NCBI GenBank assembly: GCA_032718475.1
Contig: JAUCBJ010000271.1
Location: forward strand, 1 to 58,573
Direction: 5' to 3'
DNA from: Nemertoderma westbladi
Lineage: Eukaryota > Animalia > Xenacoelomorpha
DNA: 58,573 bases
The notes beneath the pieces are model-generated. The model was not told where the DNA came from. It saw nothing but the letters and a program-made list of their open reading frames with translations, and ran no database searches. Within the stretch, counting starts at the first letter, position 1. Every line of letters starts with the position of its first letter. Shown here piece by piece: positions 39,989 to 51,926 of the stretch. The translations under genes and the position numbers were made by a program.

Positions 39989-42405
39989 TATGTTAATAAA
40001 TTCACAAAGAAGGACAGACTGGCACGACAGTTTTCAATATCTGTGCGAATGTTTATTCCCTTAGCATTCTCATTGCTGCTTCTATCAACAAGTCATGACT
40101 ACGCTGTTGTGTATGACTTTCGCTTAGAAAAATACGTCCTGCTCGAACGTTTGGCTACTGGTAAGTTGAACTGGAAATCGGAGGTGCCAATTACCAAGTC
40201 CCAGTTAGATATGGCCACTCGACACGTCGCTTCCAATCTCAGGAAAACTCTAGCAAAACGTCATACAGGTACAACACCTCAGGGTCCTTCCACTGTGAAC
40301 CAACAATCAAACCGAAACCCGAGTTTCCAACAACTACCTTTTTCGCCTCGGGCAGATAATTCATCAGATTCTGTGCTGCTGCAGGAAAACTAGTGGATGG
40401 AGACGTCGCTGGAAGCAGCGAGATTCCCGGCTTAACCAATAAGATAATTTCTTGCTATTACGCAAACGTGCAATCAATGAACTCAGTATCAAAGCAGACT
40501 AATCTCGAAGTTATGCTATCCACTGGAGAATACTCGCTAATCGGCCTCAGTGAAACAAACCTTGACTTCTCTAATCCAAATTCTGTGTATCTTGGAGAAT
40601 ATAAGACTCACTACGAGATGTTCCGAAAGGACCGTACTGAGCGTAGCATGGGAGGAGTTGCCATTATATGCAACCGCGAACTATCTCCTATACTCGTTCC
40701 AATTCCACCAATATGACGAGATTGAGTGCGTGGCAATCGATGGGATGGGCCAGCCTGGTTCTCAGTTCAGATTTGTTTGTGTTTATCGACCTCCTAACAC
40801 ATGTTATGTAAATAACCCCCTTTCACTAAACCAATATAATAATTTAATGTGTAATCTCTTAGAATGGCTTTGTTCACCTTCTTATTCCACAGTAATAGTT
40901 GGTGATTTTAACTTTCCTGATTTTAATTGGCCTGACAACAGTTTTCCTAACTGTAATATATATAGTGATTTTAATGATTTTTTATTGCGTTGCGACCTAA
41001 CTCAATTTGTCAATTTTCCAACAAGGTACCAAAACACTTTAGACTTATTGTTATGTAATGATGACGACTTTGTATCTAATACTATGAGTTTACCTAATTT
41101 TGATACCAGCGACCATTCATCGTTCAGTTTCGTTGTCAATGAAACTAGTGTCAGTGCAGAACCAGACACTGAAGTTTATTGCTTCCGGAAAATGAATGTG
41201 AATGGTATCAAACCTATTTAGAAGAAGTTGATTGGTCTGCTCTTTTTAATAATTGTAATGATGTTCAGTCATGTCTCGATATTTTTAATTCTGAAATATC
41301 TTCTGCTTTTGATACCTTTGTGCCAAAATACATTCCTAATACCAAACCGCGCAGGTACCCACTGCATATTAGAAAAGCACAAGCCAGGAAACGTCGTTAT
41401 TGGAAACGGCGACATTCTGGACCCGATGGAATGCAAAAGTTCCGGCAAGAAAACGCCACATGTTCAGAACTCTTGCGTAACTTTCGCCGGAAACAAGAGC
41501 ATAATATCTTACATAGCTGTGACCGGAATGCATTTTATGAACATGTAAATAAGAAACGTAACACTTTTAATTCTGTTGCTCCACTGAAATATAACGGTAC
41601 TCTAATTTATTCTGAAAATGATAAATGTAAATGTTTATTGGAGCAGTATTCTTCTGTAGGAGTTTCCGACAATGGTTTATGTCCATCTCTAGAAAAGCTA
41701 ACTGATTGCACATTTTCTAATATTGAATTTAACACAAATAAGGTTTTGAAGGCAATGTGTAAATTACAACTTAAATATAGCCACTGTCCTAATGGTGTTA
41801 GTGTAGCTGTGCTAAAGATTTTAAGAAATGAACTTGCTATGCCACTCGCACACATTTTTAAGTTATCTGTTACAACTGGTCAGGTACCTTCAATGTGGAA
41901 ATGTGCTGACGTAATACCTTGCTATAAGAAAGGAGACCGTTCACTGGGTGAAAACTATAGACCTATATCACTTGTGTGTAGATTATTCGAACGTTTGTTA
42001 GTATCAGAAGTTATTGATTCTGTGCAATAATAAACTACTTTCCCCAGTTCAATACGGTTTTCTTAGTCAACGTAGTGCTGTTTCACAGTTGCTTGATTGT
42101 ACTAGTAACTGGTCACGTGCAATTAACGACCGGTTATTTACAGATATCGTTTATATAGATTACGCGAAAGCGTTTGATACTGTTGTTACTCAGAAATTAT
42201 TGTTTAAACTACAATGTTTTGGTATTAGCGGAAATGTTTTGTTATGGTTAACTAATTTCCTTACAAATAGGCAGCAACGAGTAAAATTAGGAAATAGCTA
42301 TTCATCCTACATGGCAGTTAAATCTGGTGTACCACAAGGTTCGTGTATCGGGCCACTTATGTTTATTTTATACATAAATGATTTACCTGATATATTTTCT
42401 TCATA
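39989..42405 (+). pseudogene. CR1/L2-group LINE fragment: APE endonuclease plus N-terminal RT, frameshifted and 3'-truncated
   Basis: YANVQS, GLSET, RKDR..GGVAI, VYRPP, IVGDFN, FPTR..TLDL, SDH (APE); IPCYKKG..NYRPISL, QYGFL, YIDYAKAFDTV, GVPQGS, LYINDL (RT); frameshifts near 40710, 41210 and 42025; cut before the YADD motif by a Helitron 5' end; 5' boundary approximate. Confidence 0.88.
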
Positions 42406-44690
42406 TCTAATATATATAAATCTCGATTGTCTGTCTGTCTGTGTGTTTGTCATCGGCTATACAATCGAACCCATCTCGATGAAATCTCGCTTGCTATAGC
42501 TCGTTAGAAAGGTCTCGCCCTAACTCGTTGCAACGTAATACTCAGAGCCGTCTGAAGTTCGCCCGTCTGCCGCTAGAGGGCGATTTTCGTGATTTTCGGG
42601 CGAAATTCATCGAATTATTTCGGTTCTTCTATCGGTAATTAATGATTTAGAGGGCTAACATTTATCCCACCTGGTATAAAATTAACATGGGTAGATTCGC
42701 CGTGTCCCATTCTCACAAAGTTTTTATTTTATTCGAGTGTTTAATATAAATATGTATGATTATTTATTGATTAAAAATCAAATAGTGTATAAATATGTCA
42801 TATTCGCCAAGCACGATCGAATTGGCCTATTGGTATTGAATAGGGAAGGATTGTTTTCTGTATCATAGCAACGTTAAGGTAATTATTGAACTCGCAGCTA
42901 GCTGGCTGGGCACAGATAAGGAGCAAGCAGGCTGGAGTGTTGATTGGGGTGGGTTTGGGTTGTCTGTTGCGAATTGCTCAGAGTAATTCTGCTTTCTCAA
43001 TCATTGGCTGCATGGAAAAGGAGAGGTTTATAACATTTTCGTTTTACTGTTATGAATATTAAAAGTAAAATAATTATTTCTGTAGGCCTATACTTACTGT
43101 ATTATTATTTTATCTAATATTATACATCTAATCTCGATGAAATCTCGCTTACTATAGCTCGTTAGATGGGTCTCGCCCTAACTCGTTGCAACGTAATACT
43201 CAGAGCAGTCTGAAGTTCCACCGTCTGCCGCTAGAGGGCGAATTATCCGATAGTGAAAACCTGATCTTATAGGGTTGTTTTTAATGCTTTTGAGCTGAAA
43301 CGTGGTAGCTATATACTGCAGCATAGGCTGTATATTTCCGGAGTCACTGGGTTGTCTACAGTTCCCCAGTCTACCGTTAGAGGGCTAAATGTCTGAGAGT
43401 TAACATCTTCTCCAACTTTATTATTTACAATCCGTTTTGACTGAAACTTGGTAGGCATCTACTACAGCATAGGCTGAATCTTTACTGAGTCGCAGAGTCC
43501 CTTTTGAGCTGAAACTTGGCAGGTATCTACTACATCCTAGGCTCTATCTTTACGGAGTCGCAGAGTCCTATACACTTCCCCCCCCAGTCTACCGCTAGAG
43601 GGTGAAATGTCTGAAAGTTACCAACTTCTCCAACTTTGTTATTTATAATCCATTTAGACTGAACTTGGTAGGCATCTACTACAGCATGGGCTATATCTTT
43701 ACTGAGTCGCGCAGAGTTGGCTACATTACCCGCGTCTGCCGCTAGAGGGCGAAATGTATGAAAGTTAACATCTCCTCCAACTTTGTTATTTACAATCCTT
43801 TTAGACTGAAACTTGGTAGACATCTACTATAGCATAAGCTATATCTTTGTGGAGTAGTAGAGTCGTCTACAGTTCCACAGTCAGCCGCTAGAGGGGGAAT
43901 TGTCTGATAGTGAAAACCTCATCCCATTTGGTTCTTTTTAATCATTTTGAGCTGAAACTTGTCAGGTATCTACTACATCATAGGCTGTATCTTTACGGAG
44001 TTGCAGAGTCCTATACACTTCCCCAGTCTACCGCTAGAGGGTGAAATGTCTGAAAGTTAACATCTTCTCCAACTTTGTTATTTACGAACGGTTTAGACTG
44101 AAACTTGGTAGGCATCTACTACAACATAGGCTGTACCTTTACGGATTCGCAGAGTTGTATACAGTCCCCCTATTTGACGCTAGAGGGCGAAATATCTGAT
44201 AGTGAACACCTCATCCCATTTGGTTCTTTTTAATCCTATTGAGCTGGAACTTGGCAGGAATCTACTACAGCATATTCTGTATCTTTCCGGAGTCCTAGAG
44301 TCGTCTACAGTTCTTCAGTCTACCGCTAGAGGGTGAAATGTTTGAATATGAACATCTACACAAATTTTGTTATTTACAATCTGTTTAAGCTGAAACTTGA
44401 AAGGCAGGCATTTTACTTCACCATAAACCCCATCTTTACCAAACTGCAGCGCCGTCTGCATTTCACCAGTCCGCAGGTAGAGGGTGGTTCTGAAAGTGAT
44501 CATTTTCTGGAAATTTTGTTATTTACAATCTGCCTAAAGTTGAAACTTGACAGTTATCTCTTATGGGGGTGGTGTTTTATTTAATGATGGTGTCTGTTCC
44601 GTATGCAGTTCTCAAATCTCCCACACATATACATATATCATCTGCACGTGCACTAGAAAGCTGTGGCCCGAAGGGCCACAGGCTTTCTAG
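42406..44690 (+). mobile_element. Helitron family A, full-length
   Basis: A|TCTAATATATATAAATCTCG start (A of AT target at 42405); hairpin+CTAG. Confidence 0.85.
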
Positions 44691-46455
44691 TCTAATATAT
44701 ATAAATCTCGATTGTCTGTGTGTTTGTCATCGGCTATACAATCGAACCCATCTCGATGAAATCTCGCTTGCTATAGCTCGTTAGAAAGGTCTCGCTCTAA
44801 CTCGTTGCAACGTAATACTCAGAGTCGTCTGAAGTTCGCCCATCTGCCGCTAGAGGGCGATTTTCGTGATTTTCGGGCGAAATTTATCGAATTATTTCGG
44901 TTCTTCTATCGGTAATTAATTATTTAGAGGGCTAACATTTATCCCACCTGGTATAAAATTAACATGGGTAGATTCGCCGTGTCCCATTCTCACAAAGTTT
45001 TTATTTTATTCGAGTGTTTAATATAAATATGTATGATTATTTATTGATTAAAAACCAAATAGTGTATAAATATGTCATATTCGCCAAGCAGGATCGAATT
45101 GGCCTATAGTTATTGAATAGGGAAGGATTGTTTTCTGTATCATAGCAACGTTAAGGTAATTATTGAACTCGCAGCTAGCTGGCTGGGCACAGATAAGGAG
45201 CAAGCAGGCTGGAGTGTTGATTGGGGTGGGTTTGGGTTGTCTGTTGCGAATTGCTCAGAGTAATTCTGCTTTCTCAATCATTGGCTGCATGGAAGGAGAG
45301 GTTTATAACATTTTTGTTTTACTGTTATGAATATTAAAAGTAAAATAATTATTTCTGTAGGCCTATACTTACTGTATTATTATTTTATCTAATATTATAC
45401 ATCTAATCTCGATGAAATCTCGCTTACTATAGCTCGTTAGATAGGTCTCGCCCTAACTCGTTGCAACGTAATACTCAGAGCCGTCTGAAGTTCCACCGTC
45501 TGCCGCTAGAGGGCGAATTATCCGATAGTGAAAACCTGATCTTATAGGGTTGTTTTTAATGCTTTTGAGCTGAAACGTGGTAGCTATATACTGCAGCATA
45601 GGCTGTATATTTCCGGAGTCACTGGGTTGTCTACAGCTCCCCAGTCTACCGTTAGAGGACTAAATGTCTGAGAGTTAACATCTTCTCCAACTTTGTTATT
45701 TATAATCCATTTAGACTGAACTTGGTAGGCATCTACTACAGCATAGGCTATATCTTTACTGAGTCGCGCAGAGTTGTCTACATTACCCGCGTCTGCCGCT
45801 AGAGGGCGAAATGTATGAAAGTTAACATCTCCTCCAACTTTGTTATTTACAATCCTTTTAGACTGAAACTTGGTAGGCATCTACTATAGCATAGGCTATA
45901 TCTTTGCGGAGTAGTAGAGTCGTCTACAGTTCCACAGTCAGCCGCTAGAGGGCGAATTGTCTGAAAGTTAACATCTTCTCCAACTTTGTTATTTACTAAC
46001 GGTTTAGACTGAAACTTGGTAGGCATCTACTACAGCATAGGCTGTACCTTTACGGAGTCACAGAGTCGTCCACAGTTCTTCAGTCTACCGCTAGAGGGTG
46101 AAATGTCTGAATGTGAACATCTACATCAATTTTGTTATTTACAATCTGTTTAAGCTGAAACTTGAAAGGCAGGCATTTTACTTCACCATAAACCCCATCT
46201 TTACCAAATTGCAGCGCCGTCTGCATTTCACCAGTCCGCAGGTAGAGGGTGGTTCTGAAAGTGATCATTTTCTGGAAATTTTGTTATTTACAATCTGCCT
46301 AAAGTTGAAACTTGACAGTTATCTCTTATGGGGGTGGTGTTTTATTTAATGATGGTGTCTGTTCCGTATGCAGTTCTCAAATCTCCCACACATATACATA
46401 TATCATCTGCACGTGCACTAGAAAGCTGTGGCCCGAAGGGCCACAGGCTTTCTAG
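44691..46455 (+). mobile_element. Helitron family A, contracted repeat array
   Basis: Intact termini, about 6 motif-bearing units. Confidence 0.8.
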
Positions 46456-48736
46456 TCTAATCTAATATATATAAATCTCGATTGTCTGTGTGTTTGTCAT
46501 CGGCTATACAATCGAACCCATCTCGATGAAATCTCGCTTGCTATAGCTCGTTAGAAAGGTCTCGCCCTAACTCGTTGCAACGTAATACTCAGAGCCGTCT
46601 GAAGTTCGCCCGTCTGCCGCTAGAGGGCGATTTTCGTGATTTTCGGGCGAAATTCATCGAATTATTTCGGTTCTTCTATCGGTAATTAATGATTTAGAGG
46701 GCTAACATTTATCCCACCTGGTATAAAATTAACATGGGTAGATTCGCCGTGTCCCATTCTCACAAAGTTTTTATTTTATTCGAGTGTTTAATATAAATAT
46801 GTATGATTATTTATTGATTAAAAATCAAATAGTGTATAAATATGTCATATTCGCCAAGCACGATCGAATTGGCCTATTGGTATTGAATAGGGAAGGATTG
46901 TTTTCTGTATCATAGCAACGTTAAGGTAATTATTGAACTCGCAGCTAGCTGGCTGGGCACAGATAAGGAGCAAGCAGGCTGGAGTGTTGATTGGGGTGGG
47001 TTTGGGTTGTCTGTTGCGAATTGCTCAGAGTAATTCTGCTTTCTCAATCATTGGCTGCATGGAAAAGGAGAGGTTTATAACATTTTCGTTTTACTGTTAT
47101 GAATATTAAAAGTAAAATAATTATTTCTGTAGGCCTATACTTACTGTATTATTATTTTATCTAATATTATACATCTAATCTCGATGAAATCTCGCTTACT
47201 ATAGCTCGTTAGATGGGTCTCGCCCTAACTCGTTGCAACGTAATACTCAGAGCAGTCTGAAGTTCCACCGTCTGCCGCTAGAGGGCGAATTATCCGATAG
47301 TGAAAACCTGATCTTATAGGGTTGTTTTTAATGCTTTTGAGCTGAAACGTGGTAGCTATATACTGCAGCATAGGCTGTATATTTCCGGAGTCACTGGGTT
47401 GTCTACAGTTCCCCAGTCTACCGTTAGAGGGCTAAATGTCTGAGAGTTAACATCTTCTCCAACTTTATTATTTACAATCCGTTTTGACTGAAACTTGGTA
47501 GGCATCTACTACAGCATAGGCTGAATCTTTACTGAGTCGCAGAGTCCCTTTTGAGCTGAAACTTGGCAGGTATCTACTACATCCTAGGCTCTATCTTTAC
47601 GGAGTCGCAGAGTCCTATACACTTCCCCCCCCAGTCTACCGCTAGAGGGTGAAATGTCTGAAAGTTACCAACTTCTCCAACTTTGTTATTTATAATCCAT
47701 TTAGACTGAACTTGGTAGGCATCTACTACAGCATGGGCTATATCTTTACTGAGTCGCGCAGAGTTGGCTACATTACCCGCGTCTGCCGCTAGAGGGCGAA
47801 ATGTATGAAAGTTAACATCTCCTCCAACTTTGTTATTTACAATCCTTTTAGACTGAAACTTGGTAGACATCTACTATAGCATAAGCTATATCTTTGTGGA
47901 GTAGTAGAGTCGTCTACAGTTCCACAGTCAGCCGCTAGAGGGGGAATTGTCTGATAGTGAAAACCTCATCCCATTTGGTTCTTTTTAATCATTTTGAGCT
48001 GAAACTTGTCAGGTATCTACTACATCATAGGCTGTATCTTTACGGAGTTGCAGAGTCCTATACACTTCCCCAGTCTACCGCTAGAGGGTGAAATGTCTGA
48101 AAGTTAACATCTTCTCCAACTTTGTTATTTACGAACGGTTTAGACTGAAACTTGGTAGGCATCTACTACAACATAGGCTGTACCTTTACGGATTCGCAGA
48201 GTTGTATACAGTCCCCCTATTTGACGCTAGAGGGCGAAATATCTGATAGTGAACACCTCATCCCATTTGGTTCTTTTTAATCCTATTGAGCTGGAACTTG
48301 GCAGGAATCTACTACAGCATATTCTGTATCTTTCCGGAGTCCTAGAGTCGTCTACAGTTCTTCAGTCTACCGCTAGAGGGTGAAATGTTTGAATATGAAC
48401 ATCTACACAAATTTTGTTATTTACAATCTGTTTAAGCTGAAACTTGAAAGGCAGGCATTTTACTTCACCATAAACCCCATCTTTACCAAACTGCAGCGCC
48501 GTCTGCATTTCACCAGTCCGCAGGTAGAGGGTGGATCTGAAAGTGATCATTTTCTGGAAATTTTGTTATTTACAATCTGCCTAAAGTTGAAACTTGACAG
48601 TTATCTCTTATGGGGTGGTGTTTTATTTAATGATGGTGTCTGTTCCGTATGCAGTTCTCAAATCTCCCACACATATTCATATATCATCTGCACGTGCACT
48701 AGAAAGCTGTGGCCCGAAGGGCCACAGGCTTTCTAG
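46456..48736 (+). mobile_element. Helitron family A, near-identical to 42406-44690
   Basis: Shares private variants GGAAAAGGAGAGG, GAGCAGTCTG, CGCAGAGTCCCTTTTG and the C8 run; starts with doubled TCTAATCTAAT. Confidence 0.8.
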
Positions 48737-50726
48737 TCTATATATATAAATATCATGTGTCTGTCTGTCTGTCTGTCTGTTTGTTTGTTTGTCTGTCCAA
48801 GCTATACGTTTCTACACACAAGCACCAATCTGAGCTCGCGATACATCGAACGAAAGCTATCGTCACGAGCACGTGCACTGTCGCTATCTCGAGTCTTATT
48901 TTACGCGTTTGTTTGCGTGAATGCAGATTTCGTGAATTTGGTACCGGTAGCGCAGTAGGCCTAGCAGTTCATTCTGTAGGAAACTCTATAACAGCGGTTG
49001 CACCATCAGACTCAATCTGTTCTAAATGATACTTTGCAGATACGTTCCTGACCATAGACTGTGTGTTTGGGAAGACACTGATCAATCTGCAGTTCTCCAG
49101 TCTGCCGCTAGGGGGCGAAATGTCAGAAACTGAAAACCTTCTCCCATTTCGTTATTATTAATGCCTTTTAGCTGATACGTGGCAGAGGTCTACTACACCA
49201 TAGGCTGTGTGTTTTCGGAGGCTGCTGACCAATCTGCAATTCCCCAGTCTGCCGCTAGGGGGAGCAATATCTGAAAGTGAAAACCTTATCCCATTTCGTT
49301 GTTTATAATGCTTTTTTGCTGATACTTGGCAGAAGTCGACTACACCATAGACTGCGTGTTTGTAGAGAACTCTGAATAATCTGAAATTCATCTGTCTGCC
49401 GGTAGGGGGCGCAATGTCTGAAAGTGAAAACCTTCACCCATTTCGTTGTTTATACTGCATTTTTGCTGATACTTGGCAGAGGTCTACTACACCAAGACTG
49501 CGTGTTTGGGGAGGAGCTAGAACCAGTCTGCATTTCTCCAGTCTACCGCTAGGGGGCCAAATGTCTGAAAGTGAAAACCTTATCCCATTTCGTTATTAAT
49601 AATGCTTTTAGGCTGACACTTGGCAGATTTGTATTACACCATAGGGTGTGTGTCTAGGTAAGACGCCGAACAAACTGCAGTTCTCCATTTGGCCGCTAGG
49701 GGGCGAAATGTCTGAACGTGAAAACCTTATCCCGTTTCGTTGTTTCTAATGTTTTTAGGCTGATACTTGTCAGAGGTCTACATCATCAAAGACTGCGTGT
49801 TTGTGGAGAACTAAGACCAATTTGCAATAGCTCTGTCTGCCGCTAGGGGGCGCAATGTCTGAAAGTGAAAACCTTTATGCATTTCATTGTTTATAATGCT
49901 TTTTTGCTGATACTCGACAGAGGTCTACTACACCATAGACTGTGTGTTTGGGGAGGAGTTAGAACCAGTCTGCATTTATCCAGTCTACCGCTAGGGGGCC
50001 AAATGTCTGAAAGTGAAAACCTTATCCCATTTCGTTATTAATATGCTTTCAGGCTGACACTTGCCAGATGTGTAATACACCATAGGGTGTGTGTCTAGGT
50101 AAGACGCCGAACAAACTGCAGTTCTCCATTCGGCCGCTAGGGGCCGAAATGTCTGAAAGTGAAAACCTTATCCCGTTTCGTTGTTTCTAATGCTTTTAGG
50201 CTGATAATTGTCAGAGGTCTACTACACCATAGACTGCGTGTTTGTGGAAAACTCTGACCAATCTGCAATTTCTCAGTCTGCCGCTAGAGGGTGAAATGTC
50301 TCAAGTGAAATCCTTCTCCCATTTCGTTGTTTCTAATGCTTTTTTGCTTATACTTGGGAAAGGTATGCTTGACCATAGGCTGTTTGTATGGGGAGGACGC
50401 TAACCAGTCTCCGGATTTCCAGTCTACTGCTAGGGTGCGAAATATCTGAATCTGAAAAGTAAAAACATTCTCACATTTATTTATTAAAAATGCTTTTACG
50501 CTTATAATTGTCAGAGGTCTACAGTACTACATCATAAGGCTGCATCTATGTGAAGGATGTTGACCAGTGTAGTACTGAAAAAGTAAAACAGCATCAGTCT
50601 TTTGTTTGAGAGAACATTCTCAATCATATAAAGTTTTGTTAAGTTAATTAATTAATTAATGTTTGGAATGGTGAAATAGGCTTGTGAACTAGAAAGCCGT
50701 GGCCCGAAGGGCCACTGGCTTTCTAG
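48737..50726 (+). mobile_element. Helitron family B (short-5' variant), last element of the array
   Basis: Same 5' deletion as the 5540/7525 copies; ends CTAG|T into unique DNA. Confidence 0.82.
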
Positions 50727-50842
50727 TAGTATATATACGTATATATAGTATAAGCTACCAAATGTTGATAAATATTTTTGTTCTAGAACATTTTTAGTAA
50801 AAAAAATTATCATACAACCTTTATTTAAAAAAATTGTTTCTA

Positions 50843-51180
50843 TCGATATTTTTACTCTCGATATTTTTCAACACTCTATATTTTTCAACACTCGATATTT
50901 TTACTCTCGATATTTTTCAACACTCTATATTTTTCAACACTCGATATTTTTACTCTCGATATTTTTCAACACTCTATATTTTTCAACACTCGATATTTTT
51001 ACTCTCGATATTTTTCAACACTCGATATTTTTACTCTCGATATTTTTCAACACTCGATATTTTTACTCTCGATATTTTTCAACACTCGATATTTTTACTC
51101 TCGATATTTTTCAACACTCGATATTTTTACTCGCGTTATTTTTACTCTCGATATTTTTCATGTCTCGATATTTTTCAATA
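50843..51180. repeat. Minisatellite of alternating 15-nt (CTCGATATTTTTACT) and 17-nt (CTCGATATTTTTCAACA) units
   Basis: Directly visible tandem units; boundaries approximate. Confidence 0.9.
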
Positions 51181-51494
51181 TAACCAGGCCGAGGACTGTG
51201 TTAACATTGACGAGGATGGGAGTGACTGTTACTGGACTGATTGTGACTATGTTTCTGTGCAGTTTGATACCTGTATTACTGTCAGTACGGTAGTGTGAAT
51301 GTTGCTGTTGGTACCTCGGTACCTCATTAACTAACTCAGGATAATTTCTTAAACTATCTAATATTATTATTATTATTATTATTGGGTTCTAAGGGACATA
51401 GAAAAGAGGACTGCACTAATGCACCTATCACATCCAACAATTTTATTTTACATAACAAAATAGGTAGCCGGAGCTGTTATTATATATAATACAG

Positions 51495-51623
51495 CACTGA
51501 AAAGGATCCCGTTGAATAATCTCACCATCATCCGTGGTAAACATGTCGTACAAAACTCAGTCTGCTCCCTTTTCGTAATAAAGAATCCGGATTTGGAATA
51601 TCTCGGTATTGGCTCCCTAAAAG
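51495..51623 (+). CDS. EGFR/ErbB-like receptor, internal exon (receptor L domain)
   Basis: ACAG| ... |GTAAGT, 129 bp, phase 1-1; LKRIPLNNLTIIRGKHVVQNSVCSLFVIKNPDLEYLGIGSLK resembles EGFR ERIPLENLQIIRG...LKELPMRNLQ. Confidence 0.85.
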
Positions 51624-51926
51624 GTAAGTTTTTCGCGTCACTGATAACTTCATTGCGTATTGTTTGTTGGACTGTGCGGGTGCGTAACTACTGTGTGACT
51701 GACCGTTAGAGGGATTGCGTCACGCACTACTGTGACTTCACCTTAAAATATTATATTGTGTTTCATCAATTAGGCATGTATGAACGTACCGCTGCTGTTC
51801 GTTTCGTCTTGTCTTATGACTTTCTTTACTTTTACTTGTTTGTTAAATCAAAATTGTACGTGTTTTCATTCAGTTTCGACATATTTTTACGTTCTAATTT
51901 CGTGCTGTATTCTTCATTTGTCGACG

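Larger units (their letters stand above)
1..50726 (+). repeat. Head-to-tail array of ~21 non-autonomous Helitron-type elements (families A, B, C) with internal ~146-bp tandem repeats; open at the window start
   Basis: Recurrent junction ...GTGGCCCGAAGGGCCAC..GCTTTCTAG|TCTA(A)TATATATAAAT... at 2452, 7524, 9509, 12713, 14464, 21509, 23756, 26077, 29879, 44690, 46455, 48736, with a 1-bp shorter stem at 19810 and 27708. 5' TC, 3' hairpin+CTAG, no TSD and A|TC flank at 42405/42406 and CTAG|T flanks fit canonical Helitron rules. No Rep/Helicase ORF is present. Confidence 0.85.

Noticed and set aside
40043-40393. 116-aa ORF with a hydrophobic N-terminus as a secreted peptide gene
   Set aside because: GTG start, abuts LINE ORF2; more likely a degenerate ORF1 end or leader; no recognisable family
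507-49599. Dozens of recurring 60-120 aa ORFs (MITFRSTLY..., MARRATGF..., MPTKFQSK..., MSESENL...)
   Set aside because: Chance translations of repeat copies, many starting at non-ATG codons or crossing element junctions; frames vary between copies; no domain motifs
1-50726. CRISPR-like or integron attC-like interpretation of the regular repeats and hairpins
   Set aside because: Units are homologous along their whole length with no unique spacers or cassette ORFs; no cas or integrase gene of that type; context is eukaryotic with spliceosomal introns
2453-50726. Helentron/DINE-1 classification suggested by the (GTCT)n microsatellite and central repeats
   Set aside because: Ends are TC...hairpin-CTAG with A|T flanks as in canonical Helitrons; I could not find subterminal inverted repeats or TT targets
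50834-51298. 154-aa ORF and its Cys/Asp-rich tail (QAEDCVNIDEDGSDC...) as an upstream receptor exon
   Set aside because: Mostly a translation of the 15/17-nt minisatellite; the tail does not resemble the L-domain N-terminus and has no convincing in-phase splice link
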